Assembly (NCBI GenBank): GCA_041694885.1
Contig: JBGFRX010000008.1
Location: 1-61,191, forward strand
From: Candidatus Micrarchaeota archaeon
Lineage (GTDB): Archaea > Micrarchaeota > Micrarchaeia > Anstonellales > Bilamarchaeaceae
Direction: 5' to 3'
DNA length: 61,191 nucleotides
Shown one piece after another: positions 10,023-17,313 of this stretch. The notes below the pieces were generated by a model. That model was not told the DNA's origin. It did no database searches and saw nothing but the letters and a program-made list of their open reading frames with translations. Numbering within the stretch: the stretch's first letter is position 1; each line of letters begins with the position of its first letter. The position numbers were made by a program, and so were the translations under genes.

Positions 10023-10251
10023 ATGTTCGGAGTAAAACGATTTCACGTTTGCTGCATTTCTGATAATCGGCCTTACGATAATAGTCGGCTACTTCGCGCT
10101 TTTCATAGCTGACAAATACAAGATTTCGCAGGTGCTCCTGCTGATGCTTTTCGGGTTCATCCTTGGCCCGGTGCTCAATGTAGTCCTGATGTTGGCTGGG
10201 GGAAAGGTGCTGAAAACAGCTGATTTTCGCCGTTTTTGCACAAAGGTATAA
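10023..10251 (+). pseudogene. Frameshifted, truncated cation/H+ antiporter (CPA1/NhaP-like) N-terminus
   Basis: Removing one A from the AAAA run at 10034-10037 gives MFGVNDFTFAAFLIIGLTIIVGYFALFIADKYKISQVLLLMLFGFILGPVLNVV, resembling the first two TMs of CPA1 antiporters. Similarity then stops; stop codon at 10249-10251. Confidence 0.6.
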
Positions 10252-10286
10252 ATAGTTTGGCACATTTAATTGCGCGGTGAGTAGAA

Positions 10287-10328
10287 ATGGCAAAAAAGAA
10301 AGCCAAGAAAAAAGGAAAGAACAGGTAA
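10287..10328 (+). CDS. Putative 13-aa basic micropeptide MAKKKAKKKGKNR
   Basis: TATA-like GGTATAAATA at about 10245, GGTGAG SD, then a downstream GC hairpin (GCTGCGC/GCGCAGC) and T-tract. Confidence 0.45.
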   Translation: MAKKKAKKKGKNR

Positions 10329-10583
10329 TTGGAGTTTTTTGCTGCGCTGGGCGCAGCTTTGTTTTTTTTGAAAAATATTCAGGGATGTGTTCGGCTCAGG
10401 AGCGATAAAGGCGGCGAAATGAATTGCAAAAAAGCAGAATGAGCTTTATTTTATGGAGGACGTGCTCGGGCTCAAAACCATAAACCTCAGATGATAGCGC
10501 CTACGTTCGCGCCTGTAATTATGCCCAAAATTTCCAATATCCTCCACCCGTTCCAGAGCAGTAAAAATAGAATTCGACTCATA

Positions 10584-10599
10584 CTTCAAGAGTTTCCAA
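10584..10599 (-). other. 3' arm of pre-16S processing BHB stem
   Basis: Trailer UUGG-AAA-CUCUUGAAG pairs with leader CUUCAAGAG-CCAA-AGA (12773-12788): 4-bp central helix with two 3-nt bulges. Confidence 0.75.
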
Positions 10600-10811
10600 G
10601 GAATTCCTTGCAACTACCAGACTTTATCGGTGAACGATAAAGTTTTGGAGGTGATCTATCCGCAGGTTCCCCTACGGATACCTTGTTACGACTTAGCCCT
10701 CCTCACGCATCTTCAATTCGAACCAGGCAAGAACCTGGGCCTCATCGAAAACGCATTTGGATGACTTGACGGGCGGTGTGTGCAAGGAGCGGGGACGTAT
10801 TCACCGCGGTA

Positions 10812-10854
10812 GTTCACCGGCGCTAACCATCCTCGAAAGGCGTGTTAAGACCGT
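10812..10854 (-). other. 16S intron, 43 nt (about E. coli position 1363)
   Basis: BHB: UCAU/GUGA helix, bulges CA|A and AC|U; excision restores the loop UCAUCAU of h43. Confidence 0.85.
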
Positions 10855-11020
10855 TGATGAACCGCGATTACTAGGGATTCCACGTTCACGAGGGTGAGTT
10901 TCAACCCTCGATCCCAACCAAGACCGGATTTGAGAGATTAGCTTCGCCTTTCGGCGTTGCGACCCGTTGTTCCGGCCAATGTATGCCGCGTGTAGCCCAC
11001 AGGATTCGGGCCATACTGAC

Positions 11021-11133
11021 TTCGGTTAACTATGCTGCCCAGAATAACATTTGCGGTTTCCAGTTTTCCGTTCCCAGTTCTGAAACAGGAAACCAACTCT
11101 AAAAAACCATGCGTACCCATTCAGCATATCTAT
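11021..11133 (-). other. 16S intron, 113 nt (about E. coli position 1197)
   Basis: BHB: CGGU/ACCG helix, bulges AG|A and AA|G; excision restores GACGGUAG|GUCAGUAUG. Confidence 0.9.
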
Positions 11134-11257
11134 CTACCGTCGCCCACTCCTTCCTCCCATTTAACACGGGCAGTCCCTTTAGAGTGCACCCCGTCCTGAG
11201 ACAGAGTTGGCAACTAAAGGCATGGGTCTCGCTCGTTGCTGGACTTAACCAGACAGT

Positions 11258-11281
11258 TTGTGCTCCCGCTTGGTACGGGAT
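11258..11281 (-). other. 16S intron, 24 nt (about E. coli position 1080)
   Basis: GUGU/GCAC helix, bulges GA|A and AA|A, upper stem UCCCG/CGGGA; restores GUGA-AC-UGUC. Confidence 0.8.
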
Positions 11282-11407
11282 TCACACCACGAGCTGACGA
11301 TGGCCATGCAGCACCTCTCGGCTTGTCAGGCAAGATCTTCAGTCTGGCCTTCATACTGCCGTCGCCTGTGGTGAGGTTCCTGGCGTTGTATCCAATTGAA
11401 CCGTAGC

Positions 11408-11627
11408 TTGTGGAGTAATAAGGAATCTGATTTTCTCAATTTCGTTTTCGAAAATAATAAATCAAATACTTCTGCTTTGGTTTTGTTCGCTGCAATCGCG
11501 CATTCGATAACATATTTATTGTCGATAATAAAATCGAAATTTCATGCCTTTTGTCAAACCGCCTTTTGTTTTATCCGCGAAAATCCCAAAATTTTCGAGC
11601 CGGTTGTGTTTGAATTCCTTCTTACCT
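11408..11627 (-). other. 16S intron, 220 nt (about E. coli position 947), with nuclease-like ORF remnant
   Basis: GUGG/CCAC helix, bulges AU|A and AA|G. The spliced AUGCU is complementary to GGCAU at about 1231-1235, supporting the junction. Confidence 0.88.
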
Positions 11628-11628
11628 A

Positions 11629-11671
<43 letters not shown>

Positions 11672-11786
11672 AGCTTGCGCTCGTACTCCCCAGGCGGCTG
11701 ACTTAACAACTACTCTACAGCACTTCTGCAGCTTACGCTGGAGAAACACCGAAGTCAGCATCATTTACAGCTGGGACTACTCGGGT

Positions 11787-11894
11787 TTTTAGTGTCCGGA
11801 GAAATTTCACTAAACGTTTTTTCTTTGACGGATGTCCAAAATGAATTATATCGTTAAATTTTCGCAACCATTCTTTAGTGTTTCTCTGGAACAA
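11787..11894 (-). other. 16S intron, 108 nt (about E. coli position 793)
   Basis: UUAG/CUAA helix, bulges AU|U and AA|A; restores the universal GGAUUAGAU|ACCC. Confidence 0.9.
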
Positions 11895-11958
11895 ATCTAA
11901 TCCGATTTGCTCCCCCAGCTTTCGTTCCTCACCGTCGGACGCGTTTTGGGAAGACGCC

Positions 11959-12004
11959 TTAGCAAAACTTTTTGGGCACGCACCTGAAAATCTCCAAAAA
12001 GTTT
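11959..12004 (-). other. 16S intron, 46 nt (about E. coli position 729)
   Basis: GGCG/UGCU helix, bulges AA|A and AA|G, long stem AACUUUUUGG/CCAAAAAGUU; restores GGCGAA|GGCG. Confidence 0.85.
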
Positions 12005-12251
12005 TTCGCCACTGGAAGTCCTTCTAGGCTCAACGCATTTTACCGCTACCCCAGAAGTACTTCTTCCCTCCCCCGCTCCCAAGTCCCGCAGTATCCACTG
12101 CACGCGTTAGGGTTAAGCCCCAACATTTCACAGCGGACTTACAGGACCGGCTACGAACGCTTTAGGCCCAATATTCGTGGGTACCACTCGAGGCGCTGGT
12201 ATTACCGCGGCGGCTGCCACCAGTCTTGCCCACACCCTTATTCTCCTAGCT

Positions 12252-12276
12252 CTATAACCAGCCGTGTGACAGCTGT
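12252..12276 (-). other. 16S intron, 25 nt (helix 17 region)
   Basis: GUAA/UUAU helix, bulges AA|A and AG|A; restores CUAGUGUAAAAAGCUAG. Confidence 0.72.
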
Positions 12277-12772
12277 TTTTACACTAGGCAAAAGGCATTG
12301 GCAAAGCCAATACCACTCAGAGTTCCCTCGTCACGCTTACGCGCATTGCGAAGGTTTCGCGCCTGCTGCATCCCGTAGGACTATGGCCCTTGTCTCAGTG
12401 CCATTCTGGGGGCCACCACTCCCATGGCCCCTACGGATTATCGGCTTGGTAAGCCGTTACCTTACCAACTACCATGATCCGCCGCAGTCCCATCCTGGGG
12501 CCGTTTGCTCCGATTCACAAACGGTTTCGCCCGTCAGGCATTCCAGCGTAGACGGACTATCGCGGGTTGTCCTCAGTTTCCCAAGGTTGTCCGCGTCCCG
12601 AGGTTAGGTTGACTACGTGTTACTCAGCCGTCTGCCGCGCATCCAAGTGAATGCGCTAACTTGCATGGCTTAATCGAACTCTGATAGCAGTACCCTCCAG
12701 CAGGATCAACTGGAGTTACGAATTCAGGAAGTTATCTTTGGAATTGACAAGAGAGTTTGAATAATTCCCCTC

Positions 12773-12788
12773 TCTTTGGCTCTTGAAG
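12773..12788 (-). other. 5' arm of pre-16S processing BHB stem
   Basis: Complementary to 10584-10599 (see above). Confidence 0.75.
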
Positions 12789-12940
12789 CATGCGTCGAAC
12801 CAACAAGCATTTTGGTTTCTAACCGTTCGTCCCAGTTATTCGCAGGAGCATTTCGAGATGAATCGCTTTGAAGGTTGAAAAACCATCATGATTCGATTCA
12901 GGCCGAAAAATTCGGTAAACGAGATATATGGTTATACGGA

Positions 12941-12948
12941 TTTATAAA
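12941..12948 (-). promoter_or_regulatory. Probable TATA box of the 16S transcript
   Basis: TTTATAAA about 225 nt upstream of the mature 5' end and upstream of the processing-stem arm. Confidence 0.5.
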
Positions 12949-13253
12949 TGTTCGTACGAGTTCAAGATTTCTCTATCTCAGTAATTTCGCGTTTAAGACG
13001 TTCCTCAACAAATCCATGTAACTTTCGCCTTTTTCGCGTGATGTCGCGAATAGCGAGACCTGCATGATATAACTCGTAATTTAGTTGAAGTATAGGATAA
13101 TGACAAGGTCGTAGCCGACTATCCTAAAAAAGACGGGATAGCTGATAACGAGCGTAGATGACGTTACCAGCAGTATGCCTTCGCAAAAGCAAGTTTTTAA
13201 TATCCTTTTATCGTCTATTTGTTTGTATTTTCCCGCAACTTAGAGGAACTAAA

Positions 13254-13382
13254 CCCACCATAGCTCAAAATCCCTTTCGGAAACGAAACGGATGAGTAAT
13301 GGCAGAGCGATCGGCTGTAGTTCGCTTGACCGCGATTTTTGCGGATACCGATAGGCTGCTGGTTCAACCCCGGCTGGTGGGA
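13254..13382 (+). tRNA. tRNA-Tyr(GUA) with two introns: D-loop 16/17 (13270-13298) and canonical 37/38 (13321-13346)
   Basis: CCCACCA/UGGUGGG acceptor (C1-G72, A73), GCUC/GAGC D-stem, AUCGG/CCGAU anticodon stem, GCUGG-UUCAACC-CCGGC T-arm. Both inserts have BHB geometry. Confidence 0.9.
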
Positions 13383-13467
13383 AACATTTTAACATATTTG
13401 GTTAAAATAGTAAGAAGAAGGCGGCCTCCTGTTTTCGGTTTTGAGTAGGCAAAATCCTGGTAATCCT

Positions 13468-13578
13468 GCCTCGGTGGTGTAGTGGTCAGCATTACGGCCT
13501 GTCACACGCCGCGAAATCCATTCTGAATTTTCGCTGCGGGCGATGTCGTCGACTCGGGTTCGAATCCCGACCGGGGCG
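13468..13578 (+). tRNA. tRNA-Asp(GUC) with 39-nt intron, best placed at 38/39 (13506-13544)
   Basis: GCCUCGG/CCGGGGC acceptor, G73, ACGGC-CUGUCAC-GUCGU after splicing, UCGGG-UUCGAAU-CCCGA T-arm. Helix UGUC/GGCG with bulges AC|A and AU|G. Confidence 0.88.
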
Positions 13579-13615
13579 AATTATGTTTTCATTTGTCATT
13601 ACCGGCTCTTACGCT

Positions 13616-13686
13616 AATACGCGTATGAACTTATCCTCTGTTCCGGTTCGCAAAAACAGACGTGTTTCGGATTATTGGCTGAAGCC
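13616..13686 (+). repeat. 71-bp dispersed repeat, copy A
   Basis: Reverse complement of 51203-51273 with 3 mismatches by manual alignment. Confidence 0.9.
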
Positions 13687-13730
13687 CGATGTTGAACAAC
13701 ATTTATATACTCAAATTACGAGAACAAATC

Positions 13731-13832
13731 ATGCGCAGCACTGAGACCTCGTATGCGGTGATAAGGATCACAGCAGCGGCACTGATAGCGCTCATAGTGA
13801 TAGTCGTAATTGCGAGCTTTGTACTCAAATAA
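13731..13832 (+). CDS. 33-aa hydrophobic peptide, possible pilin-like/class III signal peptide
   Basis: MRSTETSYAVIRITAAALIALIVIVVIASFVLK; TTTATATA about 25 nt upstream (leaderless geometry); adjacent to a pilin-like gene. Confidence 0.4.
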   Translation: MRSTETSYAVIRITAAALIALIVIVVIASFVLK

Positions 13833-13876
13833 TTTCGAAAGTTAGATATATAAATTTCCATTTTGAAGGTAGAAGC

Positions 13877-14128
13877 ATGGCAAAGGAAACAAAACCGGCG
13901 AAACGCAAAACGCTAAACGCGAAACCCGTAAAGAAAGGCCAAGGCGCATCCGAATACTTGATGGCGCTCGTCGTTGTGCTTGTGATTGCGGTGATAGTGA
14001 TCGCGCTCCTCGGCGGCTTCACCCCTTTCGGCACGATGTCGCTGATGCAGCAGAGCGAGGTGTACTGGCAGAGCGCGAGCCCGTTTTCTATAGAAAACGC
14101 GCATGTAGTGAGCCAGAATTCGAGCTGA
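13877..14128 (+). CDS. Class III signal peptide-containing (type IV pilin-like) protein
   Basis: KKGQ|GASEY motif followed by hydrophobic LMALVVVLVIAVIVIALLGG. Confidence 0.85.
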   Translation: MAKETKPAKRKTLNAKPVKKGQGASEYLMALVVVLVIAVIVIALLGGFTPFGTMSLMQQSEVYWQSASPFSIENAHVVSQNSS

Positions 14129-14145
14129 TTTTCTTAGTTGATTAA

Positions 14146-15108
14146 ATGACGGAAAGCGAACTGCTCCCCTGGACCGAGAAATACCGCCCTAAAAAACTTG
14201 ACGAGGTGGCTGGCCAGGAGGAGATAATAAAATCCCTGAAGGCATTTGTGAAGGCGGGAAACATGCCGAACATGCTGTTCGCAGGGCCCCCTGGTGTGGG
14301 AAAGACCACGGCGACAATAGCGCTTGCGCACGAATTATACGGAGAGGAGATAAAGGGCAATCTTCTCGAGCTCAACGCGAGTGATGAAAGGGGGATAGAT
14401 GTGGTGCGCGGGAAAATAAAGGACTTCGCGCGCAGCATCGCGATGGGTGGAGTGCAGTTCAAATTGATATTCTTAGACGAGGCGGACGCGCTCACCCCTG
14501 ATGCACAGCACGCGATGAGAAGGACGATGGAGCTCTATTCGAACGTCACGAGGTTCATACTTAGCTGCAACTACTCCTCGAAGATAATAGAGCCCATACA
14601 GAGCAGGACTGCTGTCTTTAGGTTTCTCAAATTGAACGAGAAGGACGTGAGGAAGACGCTCGAGCACATAGCGAAGCGCGAAGGGCTCAGATTAGATGAA
14701 GAAGCATATTCTTCCATTTTTTACATTTCCGAAGGGGATATGAGAAGGGCTATAAACGCGCTCCAGGGCGCGGCAATCCACTCCAAGCACATAACCAATG
14801 AGCTGGTTTACAAGATTTCCTCGCGCGCTGAGCCCAAAGAGGTGCGCGAGATGATGGAATTCGCCCTCGGGGGAAAATTCATGGACGCGAGGAAGAAACT
14901 GGATTCACTAATCGTGGGCTACGGGCTTTCCGGAGAGGACATAATCCTGCAGATGTACAAGGAAGTGGACAACTTGAAGATAGAGGAAAAAAAGAAAGTC
15001 GAGCTCGTGGACAGGATAGGAGAATACAATTTCCGGCTCGTGGAAGGCGCGAACGAAAGGATACAGGTCGAAGCCCTGCTTGCCCAGCTCATGCTTTTGG
15101 GCAAATAA
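14146..15108 (+). CDS. rfcS: Replication factor C small subunit
   Basis: [38 protein letters not shown]; no intein. Confidence 0.97.
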   Translation: MTESELLPWTEKYRPKKLDEVAGQEEIIKSLKAFVKAGNMPNMLFAGPPGVGKTTATIALAHELYGEEIKGNLLELNASDERGIDVVRGKIKDFARSIAMGGVQFKLIFLDEADALTPDAQHAMRRTMELYSNVTRFILSCNYSSKIIEPIQSRTAVFRFLKLNEKDVRKTLEHIAKREGLRLDEEAYSSIFYISEGDMRRAINALQGAAIHSKHITNELVYKISSRAEPKEVREMMEFALGGKFMDARKKLDSLIVGYGLSGEDIILQMYKEVDNLKIEEKKKVELVDRIGEYNFRLVEGANERIQVEALLAQLMLLGK

Positions 15109-15209
15109 AACTACGGAATACCATTTTATGAGCTGTTTAGTGAATTACCAGGGGCTGAAGCCGCGTCTAGAGGAAAAAATAAGGATGGATTTCCCGCTCG
15201 CAACTCATT

Positions 15210-17108
15210 TTAAACGAGCAGCCGCCCGCTTACATTCTTCCCAAAAGAAATCGGCTCGAACGGCTTCCCATCTGTTTTTTTTTCTATTTCTGAAAGCAAA
15301 TCATTGAATTTCATCTCCTTCTTCTCACTCTCACGTACCGTAACCGCGAGTTTTCCACCTTCCATCTCCTTATCCCCTATGACCGCGACGTAGGGACACC
15401 ACTCCAGTTCAGCATTCCTTATTTTTTTTCCCAGCGTCTCTCCTGTGTCGTCCACATCAACACGCACCTTTCTTCCTTCTTTTTCCGCATTTTCGAGCAG
15501 TCCTTTCGCGAACGCGAGGTGCTTCTCCCCAATGGGAACGAGGCGCAGCTGCGTTGGAGAAAGCCAGAGCGGGAGCATCCCCTTCTTTCCTTCTCTTATG
15601 CGCATCGCCTCCTTTTCCAATAATGCGTATACTGTGCGTTCGAGGCTTCCGGAAAACGAGGTATGAAGAATGTAAGGCCGCTGCTTCTGCCCCTTTTCAT
15701 CCACGTAATTTATATCGTATGTATCCGCATTCTCAACGTCTATCTGTACGGTCCCGAGCGTGCTTGCTTTGTCCATCGCGTCTATGAAATTGAACTCGAA
15801 CTTCGTTATGAAGTAGGCGTAGCGCTCCTGGAACAATTCCATAAATATCGGCTTCCCTATCCTCTTCACGAGCTCAATATACCAGTCCTTGTTTTCGTTG
15901 AAGAAGTCGGTCTGCGCCCTGAACGCCACCTCTATCTCCCCGAAGCCCAAATCCCTGTTCCATTCCAATCCTTTTCCGAGCTGGTTCATGAATTCGTCCT
16001 TTGCCTGTGCTATGTTCGCAGCCATAGTGTGCATGTCAGGCATCGTGAATGCGCGCAACCGCTTGAGTCCTGCCAGTTCCCCGCCCTGCTCCCTCCTGAA
16101 CGAATAGCGCGTCAGTTCGTACATCTTGAGTGGAAGCTGCTTATAGCTCATCACGGAATCATGGGAAATCAGGAACTGGCCGAAACAGGCAGCGAATCTC
16201 AGGAAGAATTTCTTCTCATCAGAGATTATTACATACTGCCTCGCAGGGAACCTATTCAGGTATTTTTTGAGCGTGGGATGCTCGAAATCGTACATTATCG
16301 GCGTCTCCACTTCGTGGGCGCCATAATTTATGCAAAAATCAGATACGGCGCGCTCCAGTATTTTTTTCATCAACCGGCCTTTGGGGTGCCATCTGAAGTT
16401 TCCGGAATCACTTCCAGGTTCGTAGCCTACGAGCCCGTGCTCTTTCATTAGTTTTATGTGCGGCGGCTCGGACTCGTAGCCCCTCACTTTTTTCGTTTCG
16501 TAGGTCGCCATCTTCTTGAGCCAGGGATAGTTGGAATAGTCGAATTTTCCCACATCGTGCAGTTCCCCTTTCAAATCCATTATGTAAAATTCGCTTTTCA
16601 TCTTCTCCTCTGACTTGAGCGATGCGGAAACCACCTCTTGCACTGCTGTGGGCTGAGGGGAAACAGGAGCACCCCCTGTCTCGGATTCGGGTGCAATGTG
16701 CAATTCGCGCGATAGTTCGGAAAGCGGATGTCCCTTGCATTTGAGCGTGTATCCTTTGTACCAACCAAAAGGGGAATGGTCCGCGTTATAACCCATGGAT
16801 TTGAGCTTCGCTTCGGTTTCGCGCACCACTTCGAGTGCAACAGAAGGCGAGGAGGGTTTGGAAGTGAGATGAACAAGCGGATAGACCAATACGTTCTGCA
16901 CCTTCATCTCCTTCGCGACCCTGTCCACCTCCCCGGCCGCCTTTTTGGCAATCGCGTTTATGTCTTCGTCGCCTTGCTCCACTGAAGTGAAGACCACGAG
17001 CACCTCCTCGTAGCGTTTCTTCTCCAGCTTTACCTCCTCTGCGGATTTTATCGCCTTCTGCTTCGGCTCAACTTCTATATAGTCCGCGTGTATCGTTAAT
17101 ATTCGCAC
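15210..17108 (-). CDS. thrS: Threonyl-tRNA synthetase (archaeal type with N-terminal editing domain)
   Basis: MRILTIHAD..., VYPLVHL, PFGWYKGY..CKGHPLSELSR, RFAACFG, RREQ.GEL.GLKRLRAFTMPDMH, LHTSFSGSLER. GTG start with AGGTG SD. Confidence 0.97.
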   Translation of the reverse strand: MRILTIHADYIEVEPKQKAIKSAEEVKLEKKRYEEVLVVFTSVEQGDEDINAIAKKAAGEVDRVAKEMKVQNVLVYPLVHLTSKPSSPSVALEVVRETEAKLKSMGYNADHSPFGWYKGYTLKCKGHPLSELSRELHIAPESETGGAPVSPQPTAVQEVVSASLKSEEKMKSEFYIMDLKGELHDVGKFDYSNYPWLKKMATYETKKVRGYESEPPHIKLMKEHGLVGYEPGSDSGNFRWHPKGRLMKKILERAVSDFCINYGAHEVETPIMYDFEHPTLKKYLNRFPARQYVIISDEKKFFLRFAACFGQFLISHDSVMSYKQLPLKMYELTRYSFRREQGGELAGLKRLRAFTMPDMHTMAANIAQAKDEFMNQLGKGLEWNRDLGFGEIEVAFRAQTDFFNENKDWYIELVKRIGKPIFMELFQERYAYFITKFEFNFIDAMDKASTLGTVQIDVENADTYDINYVDEKGQKQRPYILHTSFSGSLERTVYALLEKEAMRIREGKKGMLPLWLSPTQLRLVPIGEKHLAFAKGLLENAEKEGRKVRVDVDDTGETLGKKIRNAELEWCPYVAVIGDKEMEGGKLAVTVRESEKKEMKFNDLLSEIEKKTDGKPFEPISFGKNVSGRLLV

Positions 17109-17165
17109 GAATTCCACCTTTTTTTGTTTTTTTCGAAAAGAACAGATTATTCTTTTGCTTCAGAA

Positions 17166-17194
17166 TCAGCGCCGACTTGCCGGGCGGGCGCTGA
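17166..17194 (-). promoter_or_regulatory. GC-rich hairpin in the thrS leader (candidate attenuator stem)
   Basis: 8-bp inverted repeat TCAGCGCC/GGCGCTGA, preceded in the thrS sense by UAUUUUU just after the uORF stop. Confidence 0.6.
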
Positions 17195-17203
17195 AAAATA
17201 GGA

Positions 17204-17263
17204 TTAACAAGTAGTCGCAGTTGTCGCCGCAACGGCTTCTGGCAGCACTTGCCTGCAATTCAT
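17204..17263 (-). CDS. Putative Thr-rich leader peptide (uORF) MNCRQVLPEAVAATTATTC upstream of thrS
   Basis: ATG 17263 to TAA 17204; 4 of the last 6 sense codons are Thr (ACA ACT GCG ACT ACT TGT). TTAAAAAT at 17285-17292 places the start site at about the ATG. Confidence 0.65.
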   Translation of the reverse strand: MNCRQVLPEAVAATTATTC

Positions 17264-17313
17264 GCTGCTATCATCGAAAACAAGATTTTTAATTAGGACT
17301 GCGAACGTTTTTC

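Noticed and set aside
10487-10582. 31-aa hydrophobic minus-strand ORF MSRILFLLLWNG...
   Set aside because: Directly abuts the 16S 3' processing stem in the probable trailer region, with no SD or homology support.
11404-11404. Apparent A951-C1230 mismatch in 16S helix 30
   Set aside because: A single position; cannot separate natural variation from sequencing error.
12495-12530. Extra hairpin in the 16S V2 region (CCGTTTG/CAAACGG)
   Set aside because: No BHB geometry found; treated as a variable helix rather than an eighth intron.
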